A stretch of 64,000 bases of DNA from an uncultured delta proteobacterium (GTDB taxonomy: Bacteria; Myxococcota_A; Polyangia; Palsa-1104): the NCBI GenBank assembly GCA_963785725.1, contig CAWAWS010000047.1, forward strand, positions 32,001 to 96,000, given 5' to 3'. Positions 1-10,100 of the stretch are shown here, piece after piece. Each line of letters starts with the position of its first letter. Within the stretch, counting starts at the first letter, position 1. Position numbers and translations under genes: made by a program. Below the pieces are notes generated by a model. The model saw nothing but the letters and a program-made list of their open reading frames with translations, was not told the origin of the DNA and ran no database searches.

Positions 1-809
1 GGATCTTTGCGATAGCGCGAATAGAGCCACGCGAGCAGCACGGCGCCGGCGCTGAACGTCGCGATGCCGATCGCCTGCGACGTCGACAAGGGGCCGATCG
101 CGCCGCGGCCTTCGTCGGCGCGCAGCGTCTCGACGTAGTAGCGCAGGACGGCGTAGCCCATCGTGAAGACGACGAACATCTCGCCCGAGAATTTACGGAA
201 GCGGCGCGTGAGCATCAGCAAGCTGAAGAGCACGAGGCCGTTGAGCGACTCGTAAAGCTGCGTCGGATGCACCGGCAAGGAATGCGGCGCCGTCGCGGCG
301 ATGAGGCCGTCGTGCACCTGCTCGTTGAACGCGGGTGAGCCGGCGGGAAAGATGATCGACCAGTGGCCGTCGAAGGGCTTGCCGAAGTCGCAGCCGTACA
401 TGAGGCAGCCGATGCGCGTGATCATGAGGCCCGTGCACAGCGACGGCACCGCGCAGTCGGCCCAGGCGAGCAGTCGAATGCCGTAGATGCGGCAGAAGAC
501 GAGCGAGCCTAAGAAGCCGCCGATGAAGCCGCCATAAGCGACGAGACCGCCCTGCCAGACCTTGAAAATGTCGATGAAGCTGTCGAAGTGGTCGAGGTTG
601 GTGAAGACGTAGAGCAGCCGCGAGCCGACGACGGCCGAGCCGGCGGTCCACATGTAGCAGCGGCCCATCAGCTCTTTGTCCATGCCGTCGCGCTCGCACA
701 GCGTGAGCGTGATGTACCAGCCGACGATGAGCGAGAGCGCCAGCATGAGCCCGTAGCTGTAGAGCGGGAGCTGCTGGATTCCGAAGACGTGGAACAGGAC
801 TGGGCGCAT
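1..809 (-). CDS. lgt: Prolipoprotein diacylglyceryl transferase (3' end outside window)
   Basis: Hand translation from ATG at 809: MRPVLFHVFG..LYSYGLM..GGLVAYGGFIGG..RIGCLMYGCDFGKP..HPTQLYES..LRYYVETLR, the Lgt signature motifs. Confidence 0.93.
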   Translation of the reverse strand, partial: MRPVLFHVFGIQQLPLYSYGLMLALSLIVGWYITLTLCERDGMDKELMGRCYMWTAGSAVVGSRLLYVFTNLDHFDSFIDIFKVWQGGLVAYGGFIGGFLGSLVFCRIYGIRLLAWADCAVPSLCTGLMITRIGCLMYGCDFGKPFDGHWSIIFPAGSPAFNEQVHDGLIAATAPHSLPVHPTQLYESLNGLVLFSLLMLTRRFRKFSGEMFVVFTMGYAVLRYYVETLRADEGRGAIGPLSTSQAIGIATFSAGAVLLAWLYSRYRKD

Positions 810-948
810 GAAGTTCGCGTTAGTATTGCCGAGCGCCTTGCAGCGTCAAGTGACGAGATTCGGTGCGGTTGCCGCGCATCGCTTGCTTGCCGTTCGGGCG
901 ACCGTCCGCCGCCTGCCTGATCGCCGCGCCGACCTACAGTTGGGGGGT

Positions 949-1446
949 ATGAGGAACCTCGCTGCCTTGGCACTCGTCATCGCCGGCTGCGCGACCGGCG
1001 GCACGCCTCACTCGGCGCTCGCCGGCACCGCCAACAGCTACGTCCTCGACGGCATCGAGCTGAACGGCGTGCGCATCGGCCAAGAATCGGCCGCACGCGA
1101 GTGGCAACGCCCGACGGCCAACCACGTCGTCACCCGCACCGACGACGCCAGGTTACGCGATCAATTGGCCAGCGATCTGGGCCGCGAGCTGACGCTGGAG
1201 CCGGACGCGCCGCTGCATCTGCGCGTCGCGCTCACGCCGCAGGACACCGCCGACTTCGAAGGGTTCGCCGCCGAGACCGCCGACCTCACGCTCTCGGCCG
1301 CCGTCCTCGATAAGGACGGCGTCGTCCTGCGCACGATTACGCTGCGCGAAGCGGCCAACGCGCCCTTGCAGCGCACGGCGTCGCAGCGCACGCGCTTCGA
1401 CGGCGCGCTCGCTCGCCTGAGCCGTCGCTTGGCCCAGCAGCTCTGA
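949..1446 (+). CDS. Hypothetical lipoprotein
   Basis: MRNLAALALVIAGC signal peptide with lipobox; start trimmed from ORF 808..1446. Confidence 0.65.
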   Translation: MRNLAALALVIAGCATGGTPHSALAGTANSYVLDGIELNGVRIGQESAAREWQRPTANHVVTRTDDARLRDQLASDLGRELTLEPDAPLHLRVALTPQDTADFEGFAAETADLTLSAAVLDKDGVVLRTITLREAANAPLQRTASQRTRFDGALARLSRRLAQQL

Positions 1447-1521
1447 CCTCGCCACAAGAAACGGAGGAGCTACGAGAAGTTACGGCAACGGCGCGCCTGG
1501 TGACAGCGCGCGCCTCGGAGG

Positions 1522-1908
1522 TCAGCCGTACGCTTTCTCCATTCGCTCCTGATCTTCCTTGCAGCGAATGCAGAGCGTCGTTTCCGGTCGCGCCTCGAGC
1601 CGTTTGACCGAGATGGGCTCATCGCACTCCTCGCAAATTCCGAACGATCCGTCGTCGATCTTGGTCAACGCGTAATCGATCTTCTTGAGGAATGTCTTTT
1701 CGCGTCCGCGCAGCCGAAACGTGAATGATTGCAGGTACTCGGACGACGCCAGATCCATCTCATCCGGCAGGTCGTCTTGGTCCAGCATCATGTCTTCGTT
1801 CAGCGTGCGCTTGGCGTTGTTGAGGATCTCGGCCTTTTTCTCGAGCAGCAGGTCGCGGAACCGCTTCAGTTCCTTCTTCTTGAGACCTTCTGGATGCTTA
1901 GCGGTCAT
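1522..1908 (-). CDS. dksA: DksA/TraR family C4 zinc-finger transcription factor
   Basis: DEMDLAS coiled-coil tip, CEECDEPI..RLEARPETTLCIRC zinc finger. Confidence 0.9.
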   Translation of the reverse strand: MTAKHPEGLKKKELKRFRDLLLEKKAEILNNAKRTLNEDMMLDQDDLPDEMDLASSEYLQSFTFRLRGREKTFLKKIDYALTKIDDGSFGICEECDEPISVKRLEARPETTLCIRCKEDQERMEKAYG

Positions 1909-1980
1909 AGCGGTGCCCCTTGGGGGAACAAAAACCATAGATCACCTCCGGTTCACCGTCAAGCGCTGGTCACACGCCCA

Positions 1981-2616
1981 TCAGACAAACAGCCCCTGCA
2001 GCGTGAACGCGATCAGCTCGCGACCGACGTGGCGCAGGTCGAGCTTCGTCGGATCTTGCTTCACGAACGCCCAGTGCATCAGCTCTTTGGCCGAGCCGAG
2101 GACACAGCGCGCCACCAGCGTCGCGTCGCATTTGCGCACGAGGTGCATCTTCTGCCCGTTGTTGACCGCCGAGACGATGAGCGCCTCCAAGCGACCGTAA
2201 AACTGCTCCAGCTTGACGTCGAACTCGTCGTCGATGCCGACCGCTTCGCGCAGGAGAATGTGCGCCATCTCGCGGTTCTCGAGCAGCGTGTCGAAGACAC
2301 GATCGACCGTGGCGTTCATCTGCTCGACCGGCGGCGGCGCGTCGGGGCCGATCTCGATGCGCCGCACCGTCGCCGCCAAGGTCGTGAACAGCTCTTCGAG
2401 CAGCTCGTCGAAGATGGCGCGCTTCGACTCGAAATATAAATAGAACGTGCCGCGCGCGATGCCGGCGGCGGCGATGATGCCGTCGATCGACGTCGCGTGG
2501 TAGCCCTCGGCCGCAAACAGCCGGCGCGCGACGGCGAGCACGCCGATGCGCCGCGCCTCGCGCGCTCTTTGCGCACGCGCCACTCGGCCATCTGCCTTCT
2601 CGCCATATCGCGCCAT
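1981..2616 (-). CDS. TetR/AcrR family transcriptional regulator
   Basis: HTH: ARRLFAAEGYHATSIDGIIAAAGIARGTFYLYFESK. Confidence 0.9.
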   Translation of the reverse strand: MARYGEKADGRVARAQRAREARRIGVLAVARRLFAAEGYHATSIDGIIAAAGIARGTFYLYFESKRAIFDELLEELFTTLAATVRRIEIGPDAPPPVEQMNATVDRVFDTLLENREMAHILLREAVGIDDEFDVKLEQFYGRLEALIVSAVNNGQKMHLVRKCDATLVARCVLGSAKELMHWAFVKQDPTKLDLRHVGRELIAFTLQGLFV

Positions 2617-2640
2617 CACGTGCTCGCATTTTAGCACGCG

Positions 2641-2669
2641 TTGACAGTGTGCCGCAGCGGTTCTATAGG
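2641..2669 (+). promoter_or_regulatory. Putative sigma70 promoter of peroxiredoxin
   Basis: TTGACA-N17-TATAGG, followed by AAGGGAGG SD before ATG 2698. Confidence 0.55.
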
Positions 2670-2697
2670 ATTTACCTCTGCGAAAAGGGAGGCGAAC

Positions 2698-3339
2698 ATG
2701 AGCATCCAGCTGGGCAGCACGGCGCCTGACTTCGAGGCCGACACCACCGAAGGTCACATCAAATTCCACGCGTGGTTGGGCGGATCTTGGGGCGTGCTCT
2801 TTTCGCACCCGAAGGACTTCACGCCGGTGTGCACGACGGAGCTCGGCACCGTCGCGCGCATCAAGCCGGAGTTCGACAAGCGCGGCGTCAAGGTCATCGC
2901 GCTCAGCGTCGATCCCGTCGACAGCCACAAGCGCTGGATCAGCGACATCGAAGAGACGCAGTCGATCAAGATGAACTTCCCCATCATCGCCGACGTCGAC
3001 AGCAAGGTCTCGAACCTCTACGGCATGATCCATCCGGAAGCGGCGGCGACGGTGACGGTGCGCTCGGTCTACATCATCGACGGCAACAAGAAGGTGCGCG
3101 CGACGATTCAGTATCCGCCGTCGACGGGGCGCGACTTCAACGAGATCTTGCGCGTCATCGATTCGTTGCAGCTGACCGACAATTACAAGGTCGCGACGCC
3201 GGCCAATTGGAAAGACGGCGGCGAAGTCGTCATCGTCCCCTCGCTCACCGACGAGACCGAGCTGAAACAGCGCTTTCCGAAGGGCTGGCGAGCGCTCCGT
3301 CCGTACTTGCGTTTGACGCCGCAACCGAATAAGCCGTAG
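2698..3339 (+). CDS. 1-Cys peroxiredoxin (Prx6 family)
   Basis: FSHPKDFTPVCTTE motif, YPPSTGRDFNEILRVIDSLQL, TPANWK. Confidence 0.95.
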   Translation: MSIQLGSTAPDFEADTTEGHIKFHAWLGGSWGVLFSHPKDFTPVCTTELGTVARIKPEFDKRGVKVIALSVDPVDSHKRWISDIEETQSIKMNFPIIADVDSKVSNLYGMIHPEAAATVTVRSVYIIDGNKKVRATIQYPPSTGRDFNEILRVIDSLQLTDNYKVATPANWKDGGEVVIVPSLTDETELKQRFPKGWRALRPYLRLTPQPNKP

Positions 3340-3405
3340 TATCTGTCTTAGCCCTACTCGCCCGCCTATTGGTCGACATCTTCACAGCCGCGCCGAGTTT
3401 CCGCC

Positions 3406-3435
3406 TTGACACTCTGGCTGTGCGAATCGTACGAT
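3406..3435 (+). promoter_or_regulatory. Putative sigma70 promoter
   Basis: TTGACA-N18-TACGAT upstream of GGAGG SD and ATG 3474. Confidence 0.5.
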
Positions 3436-3473
3436 AGGTGAGCACTTTCCTGAGACTAGAGAGCGGAGGCGCC

Positions 3474-3677
3474 ATGGCCGGTAGCGATAAGCGCAAACAG
3501 AGCCTGTATTTCCCCGAGGAAATGTTGAAGGAGATTCAGGACGAAGCGGCGCGACAGGATCGCTCGCTCTCTTGGATCGTCCAGAAGGCATGGAAGCTGG
3601 CGCGCAAGGACATTATGAAGTACCCGTCGGTCAATGAATTCCCGGGCGAAGACGACGAGCGCGGCGCCGCCGAGTAA
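3474..3677 (+). CDS. Small ribbon-helix-helix-like protein, myxobacterial MXAN_4361/MXAN_4362 (TIGR04563)-like
   Basis: SDKRKQSLYFPEEMLKEIQDEAARQDRSLSWIVQKAWK; good SD. Confidence 0.8.
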   Translation: MAGSDKRKQSLYFPEEMLKEIQDEAARQDRSLSWIVQKAWKLARKDIMKYPSVNEFPGEDDERGAAE

Positions 3678-3711
3678 CACCGCTTCCGGCACGGCTCTGC
3701 AACATCCACCG

Positions 3712-4590
3712 ATGATGGTCGACCGGCAAGGCTTCGCGGTCGGCTGCGATGGCACGCCAATTTACTACCGTGTGCGCGGTCCGGTCGACGCGCCCGCGGT
3801 GGTCTTTTGCGACGGCATCGGCTGCGACGGCTACGTCTGGAAGTACCTCGAGCCGGCGCTGGCCGCGACGCATCGCATCGTTCACTGGCACTATCGCGGG
3901 CACGGTCAAACGCCGATGCCGCACTCGCCCCGCCGCGTCGATATCACCGACCTCGCGGACGATTTGGCGGCCGTGCTCGATGCGGCCGTGGGCGATGGTC
4001 ACGACGCCGTGCTCGCCGGCCATTCGATGGGCGTCCAAGTGTGCCTGGAGACGTTCCGGCGGCACAAAGCGCGCGTGCGCGGCCTCGTGCTCATGTGCGG
4101 CAGCTACGGCACGCCGCTGCGAACGTTCAAAGGCAAACGCACGCTCGAGCAGGTGTTGCCGCTCGTTCGCTTCGCGGTCAACCGGCTGCCCGGCATCGCG
4201 CAGCAGATGGTGACGCGGCTCATGCCGACGGAGCTGTCGTATCAGATCGCGACGCGCTTCGAGATCAACGGCGAGCTGATTCGGCGCGACGACTTTTTCC
4301 CCTATCTCGAGCACATGGCGCGCATGAACGTCAGCCTGTTCCTCGAGATGCTGGCGGCGGCGGGACGACACAGCGCGCGCGAGCTGCTCGACCGCGTCGA
4401 CGTGCCGACGCTCATCATCGCCGGCGACCGCGACGGCTTTACGCCTTCGCATCTGTCGGAAGAGATGCACCGCCTCATCGCCGGCTCGGAGCTGCATGTG
4501 GTGCAGAACGGCTCGCACACGGCGCCGATCGAGCGCCCGGCCGAAGTCACCGAGCGCATCGCCGATTTCCTGCGCCTAAATCACGCCTGA
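3712..4590 (+). CDS. Alpha/beta fold hydrolase
   Basis: GHSMG nucleophile elbow, GDRDGFTP, GSHTAPIE catalytic His. Confidence 0.9.
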   Translation: MMVDRQGFAVGCDGTPIYYRVRGPVDAPAVVFCDGIGCDGYVWKYLEPALAATHRIVHWHYRGHGQTPMPHSPRRVDITDLADDLAAVLDAAVGDGHDAVLAGHSMGVQVCLETFRRHKARVRGLVLMCGSYGTPLRTFKGKRTLEQVLPLVRFAVNRLPGIAQQMVTRLMPTELSYQIATRFEINGELIRRDDFFPYLEHMARMNVSLFLEMLAAAGRHSARELLDRVDVPTLIIAGDRDGFTPSHLSEEMHRLIAGSELHVVQNGSHTAPIERPAEVTERIADFLRLNHA

Positions 4591-4640
4591 TTCGCAGCTT
4601 CGGTCGTTTTTCGGTACGGCGCTTGAAAGATGAAGCCTGT

Positions 4641-4919
4641 ATGAGAATTCTCATCGCAGGCTTATTCGTGACGCTGGTCGCGGCGTCGAGCGCGCGGGCC
4701 GATGACCAAGCGCCGAATGTCGCGCCGACGGCGCCCGCGCCGGCGCCGATCGGCACGTTGGCGGCGACGGCGTCGCGCGAAGTCGGACAGGTCGTCAGCG
4801 TCGTGCAGGTCGGCGATCCGCGCGAGCAAGCCAACGACGACCGCGAGCGCGCGGCCAACGCCGAGCGCTGTCGCCCGGCGTCGGAGCGCGATCCGTCGTT
4901 GATTCCGCTGGCGCCGTAA
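4641..4919 (+). CDS. Small secreted hypothetical protein
   Basis: MRILIAGLFVTLVAASSARA signal peptide, Pro/Ala-rich. Confidence 0.5.
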   Translation: MRILIAGLFVTLVAASSARADDQAPNVAPTAPAPAPIGTLAATASREVGQVVSVVQVGDPREQANDDRERAANAERCRPASERDPSLIPLAP

Positions 4920-4968
4920 ACGTCGCCGCCGCCACGGCCGCAAACGCGCGGCGTGCTATGGTTTTGGC

Positions 4969-5505
4969 GTGCGCGCGCAGTGGATCCTTCGTATCACTCG
5001 GCTCGTCATCGGCTTGACGTTCGCGGGCGCGATCGGCCTGCTCATTCACCGCTTTCGTCGCACGCCCGAGCAGCAAGAGCTGACGCACTACATCGAGAAG
5101 GAAGTGCCGTCGCTGTTCTCGCTCGAGCAGCCCATCGACGAGCGCATCGAGCGGCTCAACCGCGCGCCCGGGCTGCAGCCGGAGGAGGCGCGCGCCCTGC
5201 TCGTCAACGACATCATTCCGCGGCTCATCGCGCTGCGGCGTCAGGCCGAAGGCTTGCCGCTCGCCACCGACGAGGCCAAGAAGCTCAACAGCGAATACAT
5301 CGGGCTGTTGGCGCAGCTCGTCGACGCCTGCCGCGCGTGCGTGCAGGTCATCGACGATCCCAAGCTGCCCGACGGCGCCGGCTTGGTGCTGGTGCGCGAG
5401 CGCTTCGCCGATATTCGTCGCGCCTATCGAACGTGGAATGGTCATGTGCGCATGGCCTGTGTGCGCCATCGGTTGGCGCCGCCGACGATGCTGCCGCAGC
5501 CGTGA
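4969..5505 (+). CDS. Membrane-anchored helical hypothetical protein
   Basis: Single N-terminal TM, natural amino-acid composition, TGCTATGGT box 6 nt upstream of GTG. Confidence 0.7.
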   Translation: MRAQWILRITRLVIGLTFAGAIGLLIHRFRRTPEQQELTHYIEKEVPSLFSLEQPIDERIERLNRAPGLQPEEARALLVNDIIPRLIALRRQAEGLPLATDEAKKLNSEYIGLLAQLVDACRACVQVIDDPKLPDGAGLVLVRERFADIRRAYRTWNGHVRMACVRHRLAPPTMLPQP

Positions 5506-5525
5506 CGGCGGGCGCCCGTTTGACG

Positions 5526-6308
5526 ATGTCCGCGGCGCTGCGCGCGGGCTGGCGCGACCTGTGGCGCTGGCCGGCGCCGACGCTGCTGGCGCTGACGACG
5601 GCGATGGCCGGCATGCTCGCCTGGCGCGCCACGTGGACGGCCGTGCGCCTGGTCGTCGCGGCCGCGCCGCATCGCGCGTCACCGTCATTTCCGCTGCTCG
5701 CTCACGTCGTCACCGTCGTCGTCGCGGGCGGCGCGTTGGCGACGCTGCTCGTCGACGTCGGGCGCGCCGTGGCGCTGTCGGCCTACGCCGGCACGCCACC
5801 GCCGCTCGGCCGGCGCGGCACGCTCGTCGGTCCGTTGGGCCGGGGCCTTCTGCGAACGCCGGCGATGGTGAGCGTGCGCGCCGTCGAGCTCTTCGTGTAC
5901 GCAACGCTGGCGATCGCCGAGCTCGCGATCCTCGCGCACCTCGAGCCGCGGCTGCACGCGACGCCGGCGCAACGCGCGCTCGTGACGACGCTGCTCGTCG
6001 CGCCCGCCCTCGTCGTCGCGCTCTATCTGTTCGCGGCGGCGCGCGTGGCGCAGACGCTGATCGCGCGCGGTCTCGGCGCGGCGACGGCGCTGACGCACGG
6101 CCTCGACGTCGCGCTGCGCCGGCTGCACACCTTACTGCGTCTGGGCCTGACGGCGAGCCTGTGGACGGCGCCGCTGTGGATCTCGGCGCTCGTTCTGTCG
6201 TCGTGGGCGTCGCCGCTGGCGGCGTCGCTCGTGGCCTTGGCGATCGTCTGGAGCTACGCGGCGCTCGTCCGCGTCGTCGGGGCCGACGGCCGGCTGCGCG
6301 GCGGCTGA
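5526..6308 (+). CDS. Polytopic membrane hypothetical protein
   Basis: About 6 hydrophobic segments; follows the previous gene. Confidence 0.6.
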   Translation: MSAALRAGWRDLWRWPAPTLLALTTAMAGMLAWRATWTAVRLVVAAAPHRASPSFPLLAHVVTVVVAGGALATLLVDVGRAVALSAYAGTPPPLGRRGTLVGPLGRGLLRTPAMVSVRAVELFVYATLAIAELAILAHLEPRLHATPAQRALVTTLLVAPALVVALYLFAAARVAQTLIARGLGAATALTHGLDVALRRLHTLLRLGLTASLWTAPLWISALVLSSWASPLAASLVALAIVWSYAALVRVVGADGRLRGG

Positions 6309-6309
6309 A

Positions 6310-6990
6310 TCAGCTTTGGGCGGCGAGGTGCAGCGTCGCGCTGGTGCGCGCCGGCTGCGCGTAAAACAGGAAGTTCACCAGCGCCGGCTCGACGCCGTAA
6401 CGCTCGACGTAGTCGCCGCTGACGGCATTCGGATGCGGCTTGTCGACGAGCCCGAAGTCGAGATGCTCGATGTCGCTGGCCTCGATGAGATCGACCACGG
6501 CGCGCATGCGCTTGAGCAGCTTGCCGTCGTACACGCCGGGCTGGGGCAGCTCGCGCAGGACATAGCCGCCGTCGCCGGGCACGCGATCGAGCTCGAGGGC
6601 GACCTCTTGCACCGTCGCCAAGCGGCCGACCGTCGACAAATGCACGCGCAGGTAGCGCTCGCGCACGTGATCGTCCTCGGGCGGCGACAGACCATCGCGC
6701 ACCTCGAGCAGCGACGGCGTGCGACCCAAGCAGAGGATCCAAATGTAGTGACAGAGATCGTCGGGACCGCCCGGACGCAGCCACGTCGGCGCTTTGGTCG
6801 CCGTCGACAAGGCGCGCGTCAGGCCCTGCGCCTCACGCTGCGGGATGCCGGCGCGAAAGCGCGCTTCGTCGTCGGGCTGCCCCCACGTGTTGTCGGGATA
6901 GACGGCGCGCATCACGTCGCCGATCATTTGGCGCTGCGGTCCTTTGTGCGACTCGCAACCGCCCTCTAGCTTGCAACTGGAGCAGCCCAC
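6310..6990 (-). CDS. Hypothetical protein with N-terminal Cys/His cluster
   Basis: Start proposed at GTG 6990 (MGCSSCKLEGGCESHKG) because of TATGCT 6 nt upstream; alternative ATG 7008. Confidence 0.65.
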   Translation of the reverse strand: MGCSSCKLEGGCESHKGPQRQMIGDVMRAVYPDNTWGQPDDEARFRAGIPQREAQGLTRALSTATKAPTWLRPGGPDDLCHYIWILCLGRTPSLLEVRDGLSPPEDDHVRERYLRVHLSTVGRLATVQEVALELDRVPGDGGYVLRELPQPGVYDGKLLKRMRAVVDLIEASDIEHLDFGLVDKPHPNAVSGDYVERYGVEPALVNFLFYAQPARTSATLHLAAQS

Positions 6991-7156
6991 GCGACGAGCA
7001 TAGCGCATTGCCTCGAGATAGCCAGCGACGGTGCGGGCGCGAACGACGATGACGACGCAGCGCGGCAACCCAGGCGGGCCTCGAATTTCGCACCCGCGGC
7101 ACTCATGGCTGCCCGAACGATTGTCCCATCGGGTATTTTGTGGGCCGGAGGGCCGT

Positions 7157-10100
7157 ATGCCGAAGCACCGATCTAGCTTGCGCCAGGCTCTATACGCGAC
7201 GATCTTCGTTCTTCTCAGCGCTTGTGGTGGCAAGAGCTGTTCCTGTGTCGCGCCGATCAAAGGCGGCTTTCCCGTCGCCAAACGGCACGAGAATGCGATC
7301 CAGGTGCGCGCCACGGCGTCGGCCTTCGACTTCATCGGCAAGAACGGCGCGACGCTCATCCCCGGCATCATCGGCGGCAACATGTTCACCATTCCGCCGA
7401 CGTGCACGGGCACGACGCCGATCTGCTGCGCGACGCCCAACGAGGTCTGCCAGCTCAGCTTCGACTTCAAAGATCTATCGCTCACGCCGACGGCGCCGAG
7501 CTCGATCCACTTGTCGACGGATCTCGTGGTCAAGACGGTGATGCCGCTGCCAGTCACCATCCCGCTCGCCGGCGCCTGCACGATCACGATCGACACGACG
7601 CTGGGCACGCCGCAGACGCTGAACGCGACGGCCGATCTGACGTTCGCCGTCGACAAGACCAGCGACACGACGGCGCTGAGCGCGTCCAACGCCGCCGTCA
7701 CGGTGCAGGACGACGCCATCACCATCTCGGGTGGCATCGGCTGCGACGTGCTGTCGCTCGTCAAGCCGATCGTCGTCGACGTCTTGCAAGGCGTCATCGC
7801 CAACGAGCTGCAGACGCTCATCGGCGGCGTCGCCTGCCAGACCTGCACGACGCAGGACGATTGCAACGCGTTCGCCACCGCCTGCACCAACGGCAAGTGC
7901 GTCGAAGCGGACGGCACGACCTGCGTTCCGTCGCTCGGGCTCGAAGGCAACGTCGACGTCGGCTCGCTCTTGGCTTCGTTCGCGCCGACGCTGAAGGCGA
8001 ACATGGACTTCCTCGCCGTCACCGGCGGCTACGCGGCGGCCGACACCGGCCTGTCGCTCGGCCTGCTCGGCGGCGCGCAGGGCGATCCCCACAACGACTG
8101 CGTGCCGGTCACGACGCCGCCGGCGGTGCCGACGGTGACGCAGTCGCCGACGTTCTACACCGACGTGCTGCCCGACAAGGCGACGCCGTATCACGTCGGC
8201 ATCGGCATCCACGTCTCGGAGCTGAACACGATCGGCTGGGGCGCGTTCGACTCGGGCGCCTTGTGTTTGCAAGTGGGCACCAAGCAAGTGTCGCTCCTGT
8301 CGTCGTCGACGCTGGGCATCGTCATGCCGTCGCTGCAGGATCTGACGCACACGGCGAACGCGCCCATGTATCTGCAGCTGAAGCCGGCGGCGGCGCCGGT
8401 GTTCACGCTCGGCAAAGGCACGTTCACGACCGACGCCAACGGCCAAACGGTCGTCGCCGACGCGCTGCTCAACGTCGGCTTGCCCGGCCTCAGCATCGAC
8501 TTCTACGCCTTCGCCGACGACCGCTTCGTGCGCATCCTGACCTTGACCGCGGACGTCAATTTGCCGCTGTCGCTCGAGGTCGATCCGGTCGCCGGCACGC
8601 TCTCGCCGGTGTTCGGCAACCTGGGCACCGCGTTCCAGAATGTGCGGGTCACGAACTCGGACCTGCTCGCCGAGTCGCCGCAGCAGCTGGCGATGGCGTT
8701 CCCGACGCTGCTCGGCGTCGCCATCGGCGGGATCGTCGGCAACCTGAAGAACATCGCGCTGCCGGCGATCGCGGGGCTGCAGATTTCACCCATCGCCATC
8801 ACCTCGACCGATCCGAACGCGCAAGGCGTGGCGCAGTTCTTCGCCATCTTCGCCAACCTGGCGCTTCCGGCGACGACGCCGGCGCTTCGCCCGGCCGCGG
8901 CGCTGGCGACGACGATGACGACGGCGACGCTGTCGAAGCTGGAGCTGCCGCCGACGCGTGAGTTCGCCGTCACCGGACGTGGCACGACGCAGCCGACGGC
9001 GCACGTCGCGGTCGCCGCCAACGGCGCGGGCCCGTTCGAGTTCGCCTGGTCGCTCGACGGCGGGCCGTGGTCGCCGTTCACCGCCGGCGCCGAGCTCGTC
9101 GTGCAGCATCCGACGCTGTGGCTGCAAGGTCGCCACACGCTCGACGTACGCGGTCGCGTCGTCGGCGCGCCGAGCTCGTTGGGCGCGCCGGTGCGGCTGC
9201 CGCTCATCATCGACACCATCGCGCCCACCGGTCGCCTCGACATCGCCGGCGACGAGCTCGTCGTCGCGGACGCCGCCGACAACGTCTCGCCCGTCGACGC
9301 GCTGCAGCTGCGTTTTGCCGTCAGCGGCGGCGCCTTCGGCGAGTGGCAGACGACGACGCGCGCGACGCTGCCGGCCGGCACGAACGCCGCGCAGCTGCAC
9401 GTGCAGTTGCGCGACGAAGCCGGAAACGTCGCCGACCTGAGCGCGCAAGACAGCGGTCAAACGGCGGCGAGCGGCTGCAGCGTCGGCGGTCACGGCGGCG
9501 ACGCGTCCCTGCTGGCGTTGGCGCTCGTGGTCGTCGCCCTCCTCCTGCGTCGCCGCCGCGCGGCGCTTTCGGCAGCCGCGCTCGTCGTCTGCGCTCTCGG
9601 CTTCGTCGCCGGCGGCTGCTCGAGCAAGACGAGCGGGCTCACCAAAGGCGACTTCGCGAACCCGCAAGACGAGATTGGCCGCTACTCCGACGTCGTCGTC
9701 GACGGCGCCGGCACCATCCACGCCAGCGCCTACGACGACAACTACGGCGATTCCGTCTACACGACCATCCTGCCGAGCGCGATCTCCGTCACGCCCAGCT
9801 GGCAGGTCATCGACGGCGTCGACACGACCCAGCCGCCGGAAATGAAGGGCGGCTACCGCTTCGGCATCACCGACGCCGGCGACGACGTCGGGCAGTACAC
9901 GTCGCTGGCGCTGACGAGCGCGGGCAAGCCGCGCATCGCCTACTACGACGCCACCAACCACGCGCTCAAGTTCGCGCTCGGGCCGCACCCGTTCAAGACG
10001 TTCGCCGTCGACACCGCCAGCGGCAACGAGGACGTCGGCCGCTACGCCGCCCTGTCGCTCGACAAGCACGACGTGCCGTCGATCGCCTACGTCGCCACCA

